The notes beneath the pieces were generated by a model. It ran no database searches. It was given only the letters and a program-made list of their open reading frames with translations, and was not told where the DNA came from. Below are positions 61,496 to 64,000 of a stretch of DNA of 64,000 nucleotides, piece after piece; position 1 is the stretch's first letter; each line of letters opens with the position of its first letter. The stretch covers positions 372,001 to 436,000 of the forward strand of contig NW_026974140.1 in NCBI RefSeq assembly GCF_037042905.1, given 5' to 3'. Source of the stretch: Lytechinus pictus (Eukaryota). The position numbers and the translations under genes are program-made.

Positions 61496-64000
61496 CCCTT
61501 TGCGTGCGGACCCGCGAATCCCGATACCTCTCCCTGCGGCGGAGCCGTTTTGGTACATTGCTGGTATTTGGATCTGTGGCGGTGTTTTCCCAATCAATTG
61601 CTAATTGCGCCAAACTGATGTATTTTCAGGATTTGTAGTAAATGTAAAGATGAAAGATCAGACATTTTTCTTTCTAGAAATACAGGTTTCGTTTCTCAAA
61701 TCAACAGAATAGTTAAGAAATTTATGAGGAAAAAGTCGTGTTATTTTGTAAAAGCTTCGCTTTTCCCCCAAGTCAATAGGCACTGTGTACAAAAATGCGT
61801 AAGGGCAATCAGCACGCGCGGACCGGTCGGGTTCGATCGATACCGCTTTGTTGTCTGCTCTAGTGCTTTTTTTCATTGCCTATTGTCCCGCTACTCATGA
61901 ATTGTCTCTTTACCTCCTTGTAGAGAGATCATTTGCAAAGTGTATAATTACAACGATAATCCGTTTTGGGTGAAATCACAGCATACCATATACCTTTATT
62001 TTCCAGAATGAACAAAAAAGCGCGAATTTTCCCTTGCAAGTGCGATGATGATGCCGCGCAACGAAAGTCCGAAACTATTTTGTGATTTTTTTGGGGGCTT
62101 CAAGACGGTGGCCTCAACGTTTCACTAAATATCGTCTTTGGTATCTTTTCATAAATTAGGGTTTGTATTAAAAAAAAACAATTTTGTTCCTGAAGATTAC
62201 ATACCAGTATTCGATATGTTTTCCGTTGCAATTTCAAAGAGTGAAGGGTGTAAATAAGTTTCAAATTATATAGAGGATCTGAAATCATACCTCCCAACGC
62301 TCTCCTCGTCTCGTTCTACGTTTCATTTTTCTTATCTTCTTTTTCCCTCCAAAATAACCATGCTACCGACTACTGTTCGTCACAATGAGAGAAAGTAAAT
62401 TATTTTCATCTAATGAAATTGTAACATCTAAATTAAAAGTGTTTTATTATGTTCCTCCATTTTATTCATTTTTTAACCGCTCTGGTTTTTTTCACAATCG
62501 AAAACAAAATTAATAAATAAATCATGAAAAATTTGTATCATTTTTTGTCTCTTTCTTTTTAATCGTTCAATTAAAACAGTACAGGGGTGTTGGAGTTGGT
62601 AGGAGGCGGGAGTCCACCCCCCTCCCCTTCAGGAAACGTATACAAAAAGGGAAAGTATTTCTTTTTTTATAAAGTGCTGTCATGCTCAAGAAGAAAACGT
62701 TCTTGCCATTTCTTAAGCGCCTGCATGGTTTGTCAATAAACAAGTAGACATTTACATTGTTTAAATGTTACTGTCGTAATATGAAAAGCAGTATTCCTAA
62801 GAGCTTTTTGTACTGCTAAATACGAAAAGCAGTAGGTCATCCTGACGAAATCACTAATCTTCATTTTATTCAGGGCGTTGGCTATTTGTTCCCTGCTCTT
62901 TTTATAAGGGATTTGTTTTAGCGTCCGCCATGACTTTCTTTTGTTTGGGGAGTGCCGAGATCAAGAACTATAAGGACGTTTTCATTTTCGAAAGAGTAGA
63001 GGATAAACGGTGTTCTAAATTGCTTTATTCTCTATTTATTTCCTTTGAAATATAAAGAAGACAAAAATAATAGCAATAAGATGAGAGAATGAAAGAACGC
63101 AGGGGGGGGATGGGATTCAAAGTGCACCAGGGGCACTGGAAAGCTACTGAAATCATTATATGTGACTGGCAGATGATTTTTTTTTTTTTTTTTTTTTTTT
63201 TGGGGGGGGGGGTTATTGCGCATTTGTCAATATAAAGTGTAGTAGTCTACATGTATTTAAATACATGTATTTTAAAACGGTACCAAGGGATTGTTTTTTC
63301 GTTTTCCCTTTCCCTGGTTTCTAACCTGTAACTGAATGTATTATCTACCGCTTTCATTCCCTTTCCTATATCTAATGTATGTCTATATCCCCTCCCCCTT
63401 AGTTCTTCTCATTTAAATGATATATGTATCGTCTTCCTTCTCCCCGATTTGGATTACGAGGTATATACCCGCCCCATCCCCCTCTATCCATTCTCTCTGA
63501 TTTATTTCTTCTCAGTACCTGTCATTTTACATTACTTCTAACTCCCCCCCTCTCTCTCTCTTTCTCTCTCTTCATCGGAAATCGTTCCGAGAGTATGCCT
63601 CGATTTTGCCAACTTGTATTGATCAGATATTGTTGCATTTGTGAGCCTCTCATCCTATTGCATCGTGGCCATCATGTCGAAAATTTAGGGGGGTTTTCTC
63701 CCAGGTTCTCAAAAAAAGTCCCGAAAAATCTTTTAAAACTACTACAGTATTGTAACTGTCATTTCACAATAAATTTTATATCATCTTCCATTTCCAATAA
63801 CGTGGGTAGATATCTATCGCAAAAGAAAATGCACGACTAATCTATTTTTTGTGAACTTGGGGCTAAAGGATATGGCAAGACAGAGGCCTCCATCTTTCAC
63901 TAAAAGTCATTTTTTTAAAGATTTTTTTTCGTAAATTATATGTCTCAATTAATTCAATTTGCCACGCAGCTATTGTAATAGTAAAATAATTTTCTTCCTG
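61496..64000 (+). mobile_element. piggyBac-like non-autonomous element, copy 2 (runs off the window)
   Basis: TTAA|CCCTTTGCGTGCGG start. Homologous to 36832-40340. Confidence 0.7.

Overview
AT-rich eukaryotic (animal) DNA made almost entirely of transposable elements. The repeat landscape suggests a marine invertebrate such as a sea urchin, but that is an inference only. I can support just one host exon: a 154-bp CHST15/GalNAc4S-6ST-like sulfotransferase exon at 19350-19503 (+), so most of the window is probably giant introns. The dominant features are three near full-length, mutually diverged L2/CR1-group (Crack/Daphne-like) LINEs: A 7165-14979 (+), B 22647-31380 (-) and C 50660-61491 (+). 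All three share an unusual layout: an open ORF1 with an N-terminal (Y/R)xLR(P/S)(R/K) motif resembling nucleosome acidic-patch anchors, a 3.1-3.6 kb non-coding spacer of degenerate tandem repeats, a decayed APE-RT ORF2, and a 3'UTR hairpin conserved in structure but not stem sequence. Other elements: a Penelope-like GIY-YIG fragment with a minimal hammerhead ribozyme, a deleted BEL/Pao LTR element, RTE, RTEX-like and CR1-like LINE fragments, many MITEs with readable target-site duplications (TSDs), and a higher-order satellite ending in a Helentron-like hairpin. No database search was run; family names come from motif recognition.
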